Shown: piece by piece, positions 40,913-51,722 of the stretch
How the letters are laid out: each line of letters begins with the position of its first letter
Position numbering within the stretch: position 1 is the first letter of the stretch
Origin: a bacterium
GTDB lineage: Bacteria > Patescibacteriota > Dojkabacteria > JAKAPS01
NCBI GenBank assembly: GCA_021806925.1
Contig: JAKAPS010000001.1
Location: 71,040 to 135,039 of the forward strand
Reading direction: 5' to 3'
DNA length: 64,000 nt
Notes under the pieces: generated by a model
Databases searched by the model: none
What the model was told of the DNA's origin: nothing
The model's input: only the letters and a program-made list of their open reading frames with translations
Made by a program: the position numbers and the translations under genes

Positions 40913-42019
40913 TTAAAGAATAGATTTTATCACCTCTATAGCTGAAGAACCTATTCCCTTAACTTTAATTTCACCTGATACGATCTTCTCGAGACCTTCT
41001 CTGTCAGCAATATTTGCTTCCTCTAATTTTTTCCTTATACTCACAGAAAGATTACTGAATATATCTCCTTTGTTAGCTTTTTCTTCATCCTCCTGGCTTC
41101 GTATATCAATATCCCAACCAGTCAGTTTTGCTGCTAATCTTACATTTTGTCCATCTTTCCCAATAGCCAGTGATAATTGCTCATTAGGAACATAACAAAG
41201 AGCTCTGTAGCTAACATCAAATGTAGTTATAGAATAAGGTTTAGCAGGAGATAATGCATTTTTGATGTATATTGCCTGATCATCATTCCATTCAATCATA
41301 TCAATTTTTTCAGTTCCTATTTCATTCATTATTGAATCAATTCTTACACCTCTTTGACCAACACATGCACCAATTGCATCAAGTCCTTCTTTTTTTGATC
41401 TTACAGAAACCTTTGACCTTAATCCAGCCTCTCTCGCAATAGAAACAATTTCAACTTCACCAGATGCTATTTCAGGGACCTCTTGTTTAAACAATGCTTT
41501 AATAAATTCAATACTACCTCTAGATACGATCATTCTATTTTTTTCTCTATCAGATTCAAGTAAAAATACTTTAATCCTCATACCTGACCTATATCTCTCT
41601 GTAGGTATAGTTTCTGTGTATGGCATGAAAGCAATAGCTTTACCTACCTCAACAAAAACATCTGATCCCTGCATTCTCTGTACTACACCTGTCTGAAGTG
41701 TTCCAAGATCCTTGTTAAAATCTTCAAACATCATATCGTTTTCAGCATCTCTAATCTTTTGTTGTATAACCTGCTTTGCACTCTGAGCAGCTATTCTCCC
41801 TAGATCAACATCTGTTTTCTTTCCGTTTATATACAATGTTGGGATACCAATTTCTCTATCTATAACAACCTTTATACTACTCTCATCAATATTTGGTGAA
41901 AGTTTCATATACGCTGTTTTTATTGATTCTTCAAGAGCTGAAAGCACTACTTCAACTTGTATACCATGCTCAAATGCTATTTGATTAACCGCTAATATAA
42001 ATTCTGATTGCTGTGCCAT
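40913..42019 (-). CDS. nusA: Transcription termination/antitermination factor NusA
   Basis: 368 aa. N-terminal NusA domain, S1 domain, two KH domains (GxxG motifs GKDGQNVRLAAKLTGWDIDI). Confidence 0.9.
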   Translation of the reverse strand: MAQQSEFILAVNQIAFEHGIQVEVVLSALEESIKTAYMKLSPNIDESSIKVVIDREIGIPTLYINGKKTDVDLGRIAAQSAKQVIQQKIRDAENDMMFEDFNKDLGTLQTGVVQRMQGSDVFVEVGKAIAFMPYTETIPTERYRSGMRIKVFLLESDREKNRMIVSRGSIEFIKALFKQEVPEIASGEVEIVSIAREAGLRSKVSVRSKKEGLDAIGACVGQRGVRIDSIMNEIGTEKIDMIEWNDDQAIYIKNALSPAKPYSITTFDVSYRALCYVPNEQLSLAIGKDGQNVRLAAKLTGWDIDIRSQEDEEKANKGDIFSNLSVSIRKKLEEANIADREGLEKIVSGEIKVKGIGSSAIEVIKSIL

Positions 42020-42104
42020 AGTTTTATCAAACTGATTTTATCAGTAAATAAAGAAAATCTCAACCTTTATATATATAACCTGTACAAAGGAACACATATA
42101 CACG

Positions 42105-43169
42105 TTAAAGCATTTCCCAAATTCTTTTTTCTTCTCGTGATAATCTTGTTGGAATTACTATTCTAACGACTACAATTTCGTCCCCCCTCATACCTTCTTG
42201 AGTTATAACCCCTTTACCTCTTATCCTTATTTTATCACCATTCTGTATCCCAGATTTTATTGATATAGTTTCATTTCCCCATGGAGTTGGTACTGATATA
42301 TCCTTACCCAAAACTGCAATTTGCGGTAATATATCCAGGTTATACACTAAATCATACCCTTCCCTAATATATGTATTAGACTTACTTATTGATATGATTA
42401 CATATAGGTCACCGCTAACTCCACCAGCTCCGCCTGATTCACCAAAACCTTTATACCTTATTTTACTTTCATCTTTAATACCCTTTGGAATTGTAACAAT
42501 TAAACTTCTATTTCCTCTAACTCTACCTTCACCCCTACAGTATAAACACTGATTCTTAATAACTTTTCCTCTTCCTTTACAATCTGGACACACTGATTGT
42601 GTCTGCATTGCACCAAGAATAGTTCTTCTTGTTGTAATAATTACTCCAGATCCTGAGCATCTGCTACACACATTTTCCTTACCATCACTACTTCCACTTC
42701 CTTTACAATGTTCACAATCAATCACTGTACTAAATGATACATTTTTCTCAGTACCATATATTGATTCTTCAAATGTTATTCTTAAATCATATGATAAATC
42801 CCTTCCAACAGGTTGCCTGTATGTATTTCCCCCTCTTTTATTACCATTAAAACCGCCAGAAAACATATCAAATATATCCTCCATATTTCCAAATCCGAAA
42901 TCTGAAAAATCACCTTGATAAGTCCCTCTACCCTGCCCAGCTCCGGAAGAAGAAGAAAAATCTGTTGTTCCAAATGTATCATATTGTTTACGCTTCTGAG
43001 GATCTGAAAGGGTACTATATGCCTCATTTATTTCTTTGAATTTTTCTGTTGCGTCACTTGATGAATTCTTGTCAGGATGATACTTTCCAGCTAATTTTCT
43101 AAATGCCCTTTTTATCTCCATATCACTTGCATTTTTTTCTACTCCAAGAATTTTATAATAGTCTTTCAT
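42105..43169 (-). CDS. dnaJ: Chaperone DnaJ
   Basis: J domain with HPD (KDYYKILGV...YHPDKN). G/F-rich linker. Four CxxCxGxG zinc-finger repeats. C-terminal substrate-binding domains. Confidence 0.9.
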   Translation of the reverse strand: MKDYYKILGVEKNASDMEIKRAFRKLAGKYHPDKNSSSDATEKFKEINEAYSTLSDPQKRKQYDTFGTTDFSSSSGAGQGRGTYQGDFSDFGFGNMEDIFDMFSGGFNGNKRGGNTYRQPVGRDLSYDLRITFEESIYGTEKNVSFSTVIDCEHCKGSGSSDGKENVCSRCSGSGVIITTRRTILGAMQTQSVCPDCKGRGKVIKNQCLYCRGEGRVRGNRSLIVTIPKGIKDESKIRYKGFGESGGAGGVSGDLYVIISISKSNTYIREGYDLVYNLDILPQIAVLGKDISVPTPWGNETISIKSGIQNGDKIRIRGKGVITQEGMRGDEIVVVRIVIPTRLSREEKRIWEML

Positions 43170-43526
43170 ATTTCTAGCAATTACGTTTTTAACCTGCTAA
43201 GAATTATATCCTAAACAGTTAACTTCTTCAATATACAATTTATATGATTGTACAAAAGTAGTGATAAAAATTAAGGATATAAATAGATTTTTAAGTAAAT
43301 AGTATCCTTATACTTATATACTGTCAAGTATTATACTTTGAAGTATATAAAATAGAGAAGTAGTAGATACTGCGTGGGTCTGGTAAATAGAAATTTCTAC
43401 TAAATGCTTAAATTCTTACAAGGATTCAGAGTCTAGCGCTAAACTCCTACAATCATATCTATTTTATAACATAAAAATATAGCCTTTATATTCCAGTAAG
43501 TACTAAATTGTGTATAATAAACATGA

Positions 43527-44261
43527 ATGGAACGTCTATTCTATTACAAAAGTGTAAAACATTTTAGAGAGTATAAAGGAAAAGGTTTGCTTGATAGATT
43601 AAACACAAAAAAGAAAATTGGAATTCTTTTGCTATTCATATCGATTTGTATTATTGGATATATAGTGTCTAGTATTTTTTTGCTTACTAATGGAAATACA
43701 GATATACTTCCGGTCCCTAATTCTGTCATATATCAATATATTAATTCTATAAATAAGAATAATGATAATAATTTAGGAATAGAAAAGTACCTTAGCACAA
43801 ATAAATCTTACAAATCAAATATATCTTCATATACATTAAATTTTCCATCTCTCAATGTATCAGGAATAAAGGTTACAACAAATGTTCCCTTAATTCCAAG
43901 TGTATATGAAAATAAACTTGAATCATCAACTGTTCAATATCAAGGTACAGCTCAGATTGGAACAACAGGTAATACTTTTGTTTATGGTCACTCTTCTCCA
44001 GTATGGTTTCATTCTCTATTTCCATCATCGTATGAAGGTATATTTACAAGTCTTTTCTCATTAAAAGTCGGTGACCCTATAACAGCTAACGTAAACAATC
44101 AAACTTTTTCATATATAATAGAATCAATATACACTATTAAACAAACAGATTTCAGTCAGATAAATTCAATTCCGTCTGAAAGTACATTAACATTGATGAC
44201 TTGCTCTCCTCCTGGTGTAGATAATATGAGACTTATTGTGCGAGCAGTAAAAGTAGATTAG
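43527..44261 (+). CDS. Sortase-family transpeptidase
   Basis: 244 aa. N-terminal TM anchor. Catalytic triad context FVYGHSSP (His), TLTLMTCSPPG (TLxTC Cys) and MRLIVRAV (Arg), matching the sortase fold. Confidence 0.75.
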   Translation: MERLFYYKSVKHFREYKGKGLLDRLNTKKKIGILLLFISICIIGYIVSSIFLLTNGNTDILPVPNSVIYQYINSINKNNDNNLGIEKYLSTNKSYKSNISSYTLNFPSLNVSGIKVTTNVPLIPSVYENKLESSTVQYQGTAQIGTTGNTFVYGHSSPVWFHSLFPSSYEGIFTSLFSLKVGDPITANVNNQTFSYIIESIYTIKQTDFSQINSIPSESTLTLMTCSPPGVDNMRLIVRAVKVD

Positions 44262-44275
44262 AATATACATAACAT

Positions 44276-45538
44276 ATGACAAAATTAAAATTAATAATAT
44301 CAGGAGTGATAACAGGAATAATCATTGCAGTTATTATTGCTATTGCTCTTGTTATATATATTAATAACTCTAAAGCTTCTAGTCAGCACATATCCTTAAA
44401 CATTTATGGATACACATATACTCAAGCAGAATTGCAACCATTAATTACACAGTTTGAAAATAGTTACCCAAATGTAACAGTTAACTACACTCAAATAACT
44501 GGAACTGATCCAATAAATTATCAACTAAATAAATTAGCTAATAATAATTCAATAGACATATATGAATCTTCTAACACTAACGAAGACTATTTTTTAAAAT
44601 ATTCATCTGTTAATCCATATTTTTCTACAAGTGCGTTCAAACAAAATTTTTTCCCTTTAGTATATAGAGGAATGACAGTTCTAAATAATGGAGTTCTTGG
44701 AATCCCAATAAGTATGAACCCAATTGTAATCGTGTATAAGACAAATGTTCTAAACAGTACAGGAGTACAGATTTCATCAATTACTAGTTCATTTAATTCA
44801 TTTAATAACATGATGAATTTTCTAACAAATAAGTATGGTGCTTCAGCAATTGATATAACATCATCAAACTATAACCCTATAGCTGGAGATGTATTGCAGT
44901 TGTTCATAATGGAGGAGGGAACGCCAATGAATGTTACATCCTCTCCATTTGAAGCAAATATATCTACAGATGCAGGTAATAACGCAGTTAATTATTATTC
45001 TTCATTTCTAACTTCAGGTATTTTTGATGACCTGTATACTTCAAGTGTAAAATTGAACTATATTGATGCTTTATTAAAAAACAAAGTTCTATTTGATTTT
45101 ATGTACTATAATGATTACATTAAATTACAAGCACAGTACCCAAATGATAATTTTGATTTTTCAATATATCCTGCAATAAATACACCTGTAGATATAGCTT
45201 CATATAACTATTTCGGTGTTAATAAAAACTCACAGGAGTCATCAATGGCATGGAAATTCGTTGATTTTCTTGGAAGTAGCTCATCTGTTAATATACTCAA
45301 TTCTGAATTAAATAATGTATTAATACCAGTAAATAAAAACGCGAATGTTCCAAATAACAATTCTGATATAAAAACATTACAAAATATATCTTCAGACTGG
45401 AATATTCCAGGTAGTAGTTACACACTTAATAAATTTAATTCAATCGTAGATAACTTACCACAATCAAATGAATTAAGTAATGTACAAAACAACCTAAATT
45501 CTAAGATGTTAACAACGTTACAAGGACAATATCCTTAA
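44276..45538 (+). CDS. Membrane-anchored extracytoplasmic protein (hypothetical; faint solute-binding-protein-like features)
   Basis: 420 aa. N-terminal TM (LIISGVITGIIIAVIIAIALVIYI). N/S/T-rich. 14 bp downstream of the sortase gene. Confidence 0.45.
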   Translation: MTKLKLIISGVITGIIIAVIIAIALVIYINNSKASSQHISLNIYGYTYTQAELQPLITQFENSYPNVTVNYTQITGTDPINYQLNKLANNNSIDIYESSNTNEDYFLKYSSVNPYFSTSAFKQNFFPLVYRGMTVLNNGVLGIPISMNPIVIVYKTNVLNSTGVQISSITSSFNSFNNMMNFLTNKYGASAIDITSSNYNPIAGDVLQLFIMEEGTPMNVTSSPFEANISTDAGNNAVNYYSSFLTSGIFDDLYTSSVKLNYIDALLKNKVLFDFMYYNDYIKLQAQYPNDNFDFSIYPAINTPVDIASYNYFGVNKNSQESSMAWKFVDFLGSSSSVNILNSELNNVLIPVNKNANVPNNNSDIKTLQNISSDWNIPGSSYTLNKFNSIVDNLPQSNELSNVQNNLNSKMLTTLQGQYP

Positions 45539-46386
45539 ACTTTAGGCTTTCTTTTTAAAATCTTAAAAAGCAAAAATATTGACGCTATTGCTGTTAATAA
45601 TAATATAAGTGCAATCAATTCATTATTAAAAGATAAAAAACCAACTGAACCATATCCATTTGAGAAATTAATCTTTGAATTGTAAGTACCATATTTCATA
45701 ATGAATACATGATTGCCAATAGGAAGACTTTGATCATTATAGAAGAACTTTATTCCTTCTGGAGTTTGTGATAGGTTTATGTAGCTGTTTATATTTTTTC
45801 CATCTAAAAGAAATTCAAATTCTCCTATATTCACATTGTTCTGATATATGAAATCACCCTGAAAGATAATACTGTTTCCCTGAATTCTAACATTGTTTTT
45901 TGGTGATATATTTTGAAATCCATCTGATATAACACTAAAATCACTTCCTATTGAAGCAGTAGACGTTGGAGTTAGTGTCGGAGTTGGAGTCGAGGTTTCT
46001 TTAACTATACCTGTGGTTGTGGTTGGAGTAACTGATATACTTGCTCCTGGACTGACATTACTTGAAGACACAGTAATACCAAAATTTTGTGTTTCAATTA
46101 CATTACCTCCATTTTCAAGAGCTATACTTACAGTATTACTGTTTCCAGAGTTGGTTGGTATTCCAGATAAAACATTATTCTTATTTAATTTCAACCAACT
46201 TGGCGAAGATAAAACGACTAAAGTTGCATTACCCCCGTAGTATGTAACATCATATGTATATTGAATCCCTACCGTTGCATAGAATACAGGAGAAGAAGTG
46301 AAGTACGATGAATCAGCGTATACATTCCCTTCTTGAAGAAAAAACATTAGCACAAGGAATGAAATTATATGCAATAAATTTTTCAC
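45535..46386 (-). CDS. Surface protein with He_PIG-type Ig-like domain, T/P-rich linker and C-terminal TM plus basic tail
   Basis: 283 aa. Signal peptide. SSPSWLKLNKNNVLSGIPTNSGNSNTVSIALENGG resembles the putative Ig (He_PIG) domain. TPTPTLTPTSTAS linker. C-terminal TM helix then KRKPKV, which is sortase-substrate-like architecture without LPXTG. Confidence 0.55.
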   Translation of the reverse strand: MKNLLHIISFLVLMFFLQEGNVYADSSYFTSSPVFYATVGIQYTYDVTYYGGNATLVVLSSPSWLKLNKNNVLSGIPTNSGNSNTVSIALENGGNVIETQNFGITVSSSNVSPGASISVTPTTTTGIVKETSTPTPTLTPTSTASIGSDFSVISDGFQNISPKNNVRIQGNSIIFQGDFIYQNNVNIGEFEFLLDGKNINSYINLSQTPEGIKFFYNDQSLPIGNHVFIMKYGTYNSKINFSNGYGSVGFLSFNNELIALILLLTAIASIFLLFKILKRKPKV

Positions 46387-46520
46387 CTTTATTATAGGTA
46401 TATATCATGAGGAAGGTTGGATTGTCAATTACATAACTTGACAGATATATTTTATGTAGTAATATGTTTTTACTATTATAAATAAAGGCTATAAAGAAAA
46501 TAAACAATATACAATAACAT

Positions 46521-48635
46521 CTAAAATATTGACCCAATAAAACTAAAAACTCCTTTGAAGAAAGAACCAATTGATGAAGTAAATAAATTAGAACTTGAAT
46601 TTGATTGTGTCGTTTGTTTTGAAGTTACACTTACATTGCTATTGTTTATTTTATTTAACTGTGTACTTTCCTGTTGAACTTGAGTAGTATGAATATTGTT
46701 TGCTGGCTTTGTATTTTTAGGCATTATATAAAAATTAATGGCAGGTATACTAGATGTAGGAAATGTAATATCATATTCAGACTTTGTATTAGGAACATAC
46801 GTCATTCCATTAGGTAGAACCATAATAAAAGATTGATCTCCAGGGTCAATACCATTTATGGTAAAAGATCCATCACTCCCAGTTACGGCACTTCTAGCAT
46901 AATTTACAACAGATACTCCACTTACACCTACCCACGATGATCCAGATTGCTCAAAAACATGCCCTGAAGCATTGAATACTCTAGTTGGAATAAGTTGAAA
47001 ATCTGGTATTGCAGGACTTGGGTTAGAATCTCCGACGGTAACAGTATATGATGTGTGTGCACCTGGTGCAAATTTATATCCAGGTGGAACCTTGATTGTT
47101 AAAGTGTATGTACCTGCAGGGATTTTATGAAACACATATCCTCCACTATCTACAACAGTTGTTTGTCCGTCACTTACTACAACGCCACCTAAGTCGCCAA
47201 GAATATTCTTACTAGTATTTATATTAGTAACATCAACTACTCTTCCTGAGATAGTATAAGAATTACTACATGTAAGCAATGGAAGAACACTTGGTTGCAG
47301 TGGTTTCTGATTGTAATTAAGCATATCGCCTAAATCATTTGCCTGTGCATCAAATGAGGTTAATGAAGGCAGACCGAATGTAGATTCAATAAATTTTAAA
47401 ACTGAAGGCTGACTATAAAATGTATTATCAACTATACCTGACCTAGAATAAGGAGAAATCATAAGTGTTGGAACCCTAGGGCCATATTCAATCTGGCTGT
47501 TTGGCCCTTTTGGAGGGTATACATGATCATAAAAACCTCCAAAGTCATCCCAGGTTAAAACAATAGCTGAGCTATTCCACAAGCTACTATTTTTCATGAC
47601 CGCATTAATTTGGTTAACTGTATAATTTTCTCCCTGACATTCACCGTATGGCGGATGTTCACTAACATTCATTGGTTGTACTACCCAACTAACTGCTGGT
47701 AAATTTCCAGACTGTACGTCACTAATGAATTGATTATACCCAACAACATGCTGTTGCCAGTCTACACCATTTCTTATTTGATTAATTGCATCATATGTCG
47801 ACCATTGATAACCTGCCATATCTTGTGGTGGAGCATAATATTTCCATGATATTTTCTGCTCATCAAGTAAATCTGCCACAGTTTTATAATTAAAACAAGG
47901 AAAGATATGATTTTTTATTCCATTTTGCTGTATTTGCAACACCCATGTTTGTGGAGTCGAATCGCACCCCCAACGGAATCTTCCTCCTCCTGTATTTACT
48001 GGATTATCAGAAACATTGTCATCCTCTCCTCCAATTGTAAACAAGTGTGCAGGAAAACTTGGTCCAAGTATTGTAGAGAAGTAGTTATCAGCAAGAGTAA
48101 ATTCTTTTGCATATTGCCAATAATCAGGAATATCAGATTGATAATATTGACTATCTGCTACATCTACACCGTTTTGCACTGCTCCAGCAAGCAAGGAAAA
48201 TTTATCTTCCTTTCCACCATCTTCTGCTAAAACAGCCCCATCATGAGAATGATCAATATCATTAATAAGGGAATCTGGCGTATGATTAAGTTTAACTACA
48301 TTTCCCTGTGCATTTTTATATGTTGTTGCACCATTTCCTCCAGGGAACGTTCCGAATAAATTATCATATGAATGATTTTCTTTAATGATATATATTATGT
48401 GTTTTATTGGAGAAGTATTACACCATCCTCCAACTGGTTGAGGAGGATAACATCGTGGGACTCCAGTTAAGCATGAAGGCGGTGGAGTACAAGGAGAAGT
48501 AGAAGTAGATATACCTAGAATTCTGTGTATATTGGTTGTCCTAACAAATATAGTAAGAAGAAAAAGAAAAAAAATACTAATAATAACATGCGGTCTTTTA
48601 AAGAAATTTTTGGATATAAATTTTAAACGCCACAT
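46521..48635 (-). CDS. Secreted phosphoesterase-family protein (phospholipase C / acid phosphatase family) with C-terminal CarboxypepD_reg-like beta-sandwich domains
   Basis: 704 aa. Signal/TM at the N-terminus. IIYIIKENHSYDNLFGTFPG matches the phosphoesterase (PF04185-type) N-terminal signature. C-terminal YTISGRVVD...GYVFHKIPAGTYTLT repeats look like carboxypeptidase-regulatory-like domains. Confidence 0.7.
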   Translation of the reverse strand: MWRLKFISKNFFKRPHVIISIFFLFLLTIFVRTTNIHRILGISTSTSPCTPPPSCLTGVPRCYPPQPVGGWCNTSPIKHIIYIIKENHSYDNLFGTFPGGNGATTYKNAQGNVVKLNHTPDSLINDIDHSHDGAVLAEDGGKEDKFSLLAGAVQNGVDVADSQYYQSDIPDYWQYAKEFTLADNYFSTILGPSFPAHLFTIGGEDDNVSDNPVNTGGGRFRWGCDSTPQTWVLQIQQNGIKNHIFPCFNYKTVADLLDEQKISWKYYAPPQDMAGYQWSTYDAINQIRNGVDWQQHVVGYNQFISDVQSGNLPAVSWVVQPMNVSEHPPYGECQGENYTVNQINAVMKNSSLWNSSAIVLTWDDFGGFYDHVYPPKGPNSQIEYGPRVPTLMISPYSRSGIVDNTFYSQPSVLKFIESTFGLPSLTSFDAQANDLGDMLNYNQKPLQPSVLPLLTCSNSYTISGRVVDVTNINTSKNILGDLGGVVVSDGQTTVVDSGGYVFHKIPAGTYTLTIKVPPGYKFAPGAHTSYTVTVGDSNPSPAIPDFQLIPTRVFNASGHVFEQSGSSWVGVSGVSVVNYARSAVTGSDGSFTINGIDPGDQSFIMVLPNGMTYVPNTKSEYDITFPTSSIPAINFYIMPKNTKPANNIHTTQVQQESTQLNKINNSNVSVTSKQTTQSNSSSNLFTSSIGSFFKGVFSFIGSIF

Positions 48636-48832
48636 AATTTCTAATAAAAAAGTACCATATAATCAAAATTAGTAAAACATAAATGAAACATTTATGTCAA
48701 ATCATATGTAAAAGAATTAAAAAAATCAACAAAATATATACTGATATAATTTTTAATCCTTATACACCTGGTATATTTGAATATATTCAAACTTTGTAGC
48801 AACATAATTAATTCTGTTAATATAGTATTGAT

Positions 48833-50494
48833 ATGCTTAACGATTTTTTACTGAAAAAGGAGGTTATTACAAAGGAGCAACTTGAAGAGGTATTGTCTGT
48901 ATCAAATCAACAGCATAGCGATCCAATTGATGTGTTGATAGGGAAACAATATGTTGAACCTGTAAAGCTATTTTCATTAATTGCTGAATATTTTGGTGTT
49001 GAGTATGTCGATTTAAAGAATATTGAAATTCCAAGTGATGTAATAAAATTAATACCAAAAAGAATTGCGATAGAAAGGAAGATCATTCCATACAAGAAAG
49101 ATCCTTTTAAATTAAAGGTTGCAATGGTAAATCCTGCTGATATTCAATCAATTGAGTTCATTAAGAGGATGACTGGATATAACATTGATGCAAACTATAT
49201 ACCCGAGTCAGATTTCAGAGAATTACTAAAATACTACAGTTTGGATATAAAAGAAGAATTTAACAACCTATTAAAGAAGAATATTCAAGAAAGCAAAGCA
49301 TCTGGAAATAAGGACAGTGTTCCTGTTATCAAAATAACAGATATGATATTAAATGAGGCAATAAATGAAGAAGCGAGTGATATACATATGGAATCACTTG
49401 AATACGAAAGTATTGTAAGATTTAGAATTGATGGAATATTACATGATATTGAAATAATACCAAAAGATATTTTCAATTCAATTGTAGCAAGAATAAAGAT
49501 ACTAGCAAATTTAAAAATTGATGAACATAGATTACCTCAAGATGGAAGATTTAAGTTAACAATAAATGATAGAGGCGTATCTTTTAGAACAAGTATTATA
49601 CCTACCTTTTATGGTGAAAAGATTGTATTAAGGGTACTTGAAGAATCTGATAAAAAGTATTCACTTGAAGATTTGGGTTTTGCAAAAAGAGATTTAGATA
49701 AAGTACTTGAGAATATTAAGAAGCCACATGGAATGATATTAGTGACCGGTCCTACAGGAAGTGGAAAATCAACAACTTTAAATACAGTAATTAGTATATT
49801 AAATACTCCAGATGTAAACATAAATACAGTAGAAGATCCTATTGAATATGCAATGGCTAGAGTAAACCAAACTCAGGTTAATCCTTCTATTGGATTAACC
49901 TTCGCATCAACTCTAAGATCACTGTTAAGGCAGGATCCAAACGTAATACTAGTAGGTGAGATAAGAGATAAGGAAACAGCTGATATAGCAATTAATGCTG
50001 CAATGACAGGACACCTTCTTCTTTCAACACTCCATACAAATGACTCTGTCGGAGCTATACCAAGACTCATTGATATGCAAATCGAACCGTTCCTAATATC
50101 ATCAACATTGAATTTAATTATTGCCCAAAGACTAGTTAGAGTACTATGCCAAAGCTGTAAATTAAAAACATCTTTGTCTCAAAAGCAGATTGATGTATTA
50201 AAAGACACATTCAAAAACAATGTTAATTCTATGGAATTAATTGATAAAAACGAATTCTTTAAACCAGTTGGTTGTGATAAATGCAGAAATGGATATAGAG
50301 GTAGAATTGGAATATATGAAATAATTGAGGTTACTAATGAGATAAAAGAGTTAATAAATGAAAAAGCACCAGTAACCAGCTATATTGAAGTAGCAAAGAG
50401 AAACAATTTTAGAACAATGCAAGAAGATGGATTAGAGAAGGCATCTCTAGGAATAACATCTATTGAAGAAATATTGAGAGTAACAATGGAATAA
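48833..50494 (+). CDS. pilB: Type IV pilus assembly ATPase PilB (GspE family)
   Basis: N-terminal GSPII_E_N domain. Walker A GPTGSGKSTT. Asp box and Walker B (LRQDPNVILVGEIRD). His box (HLLLSTLHTN). Tetracysteine CQSC...CDKC. Confidence 0.9.
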   Translation: MLNDFLLKKEVITKEQLEEVLSVSNQQHSDPIDVLIGKQYVEPVKLFSLIAEYFGVEYVDLKNIEIPSDVIKLIPKRIAIERKIIPYKKDPFKLKVAMVNPADIQSIEFIKRMTGYNIDANYIPESDFRELLKYYSLDIKEEFNNLLKKNIQESKASGNKDSVPVIKITDMILNEAINEEASDIHMESLEYESIVRFRIDGILHDIEIIPKDIFNSIVARIKILANLKIDEHRLPQDGRFKLTINDRGVSFRTSIIPTFYGEKIVLRVLEESDKKYSLEDLGFAKRDLDKVLENIKKPHGMILVTGPTGSGKSTTLNTVISILNTPDVNINTVEDPIEYAMARVNQTQVNPSIGLTFASTLRSLLRQDPNVILVGEIRDKETADIAINAAMTGHLLLSTLHTNDSVGAIPRLIDMQIEPFLISSTLNLIIAQRLVRVLCQSCKLKTSLSQKQIDVLKDTFKNNVNSMELIDKNEFFKPVGCDKCRNGYRGRIGIYEIIEVTNEIKELINEKAPVTSYIEVAKRNNFRTMQEDGLEKASLGITSIEEILRVTME

Positions 50495-50495
50495 A

Positions 50496-51722
50496 ATGGC
50501 AGATTTTAAATATACATTTACAAAAGAGAATTCATATACTATTGAATCAAATGTTGTTAAAGCGACATCGAAAGAAGAAGCAATTGGACTAATTCCACCA
50601 GGGCTAAATGTAGTAGACATAACTGAGATAAAGACAAAGAAAAACGTTTCTTTATTTTCATCTAAAAATATTAAATTAGTCGACAAGGTTCTGTTCTTTG
50701 ACCATATGTCTCAGATGATTAAAGCGGGGCTTAGTATAAATGAAACACTTGAAGCTTTAATTGATGATAACGAGAATGAATATTTTAAATCAGTTATTAA
50801 AGACATAAAGTATGAGATTGAAGCTGGAGGGACATTTTCAAAAGCAATGAGTAAATACCCAAAAGTATTCTCAACACTTGAAGTGAAAATGATTGAAGTT
50901 GGAGAAATTACTGGAACACTTGAAGAGACTGCATATCAAATATCTATTCAGTCAAAAAAAGATTTTGAGCTAAGGAGTAAAATAAAAGGTGCATTGATAT
51001 ATCCAGAAATATTGTCAAGTATCATGGTACTTGCTGGTGTTGGATTAATTGTATTTGTTGTTCCTCAATTAAAAACATTTTTCATGCAGGCAAATATGCA
51101 GCTACCAATAACAACTCAAATATTAATTGATATAAGCACAATAATAACTGGATATTGGTATTTATTTGTTTTGGCAATCGCCTTAATTATATTTTTCTTT
51201 CCAAGACTTAAAAAAAACAAAGAGTTTGCAAATGGTCTTGACTGGGTCATACTAAGGACACCTATAATAGGAGAAATAACAAAAAAACTATCCCTTGCCA
51301 TATTTACAAGAACATTAGGTTCATTGCTAAAGTCAGGAGTTTCAGTAAATAAATCTATTGAGCTTACAGCCACAAGTATACCTAATTCTATTTATAGGTC
51401 TGCAGTTCTTGGTTTTACTCATGATATAGAAGAAGGAGTTCCATTGTATAAACTAATGGAAAAAAGAACTGATATATTCACGAATCTTTCAATAAGGATG
51501 GCTTTTGTAGGTGATAAAACTGGAAATCTTCCAGATATGCTTATAAATATCGCTGATTTTTATCAAAACCAAGTGAATGATACATTGTCAAATATATCTA
51601 CAATTATTGAACCTGTAATGCTGTTCATTATGGGAGGAGCCACACTTTTTATTGCATTAAGTGTTATTTTACCAATATATCAATTAACAAGTGGAATATC
51701 TGGAATGCAACCTGCTAAATAG
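50496..51722 (+). CDS. pilC: Type IV pilus inner-membrane platform protein PilC (GspF family)
   Basis: 408 aa. Two T2SSF repeats, three TM segments. Starts 2 bp after pilB. Confidence 0.85.
   Translation: MADFKYTFTKENSYTIESNVVKATSKEEAIGLIPPGLNVVDITEIKTKKNVSLFSSKNIKLVDKVLFFDHMSQMIKAGLSINETLEALIDDNENEYFKSVIKDIKYEIEAGGTFSKAMSKYPKVFSTLEVKMIEVGEITGTLEETAYQISIQSKKDFELRSKIKGALIYPEILSSIMVLAGVGLIVFVVPQLKTFFMQANMQLPITTQILIDISTIITGYWYLFVLAIALIIFFFPRLKKNKEFANGLDWVILRTPIIGEITKKLSLAIFTRTLGSLLKSGVSVNKSIELTATSIPNSIYRSAVLGFTHDIEEGVPLYKLMEKRTDIFTNLSIRMAFVGDKTGNLPDMLINIADFYQNQVNDTLSNISTIIEPVMLFIMGGATLFIALSVILPIYQLTSGISGMQPAK

Noticed and set aside
43170-43526. CIRCE (HrcA) heat-shock operator upstream of dnaJ
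   Set aside because: The palindrome present (GAGTcTAGCGCTAaACTC) does not fit the CIRCE consensus or spacing. It is reported only as an unassigned palindrome.
48867-50070. Several 60-70-aa minus-strand ORFs inside pilB
   Set aside because: They are antisense to a high-confidence pilB gene with all Walker/His-box motifs. Spurious.
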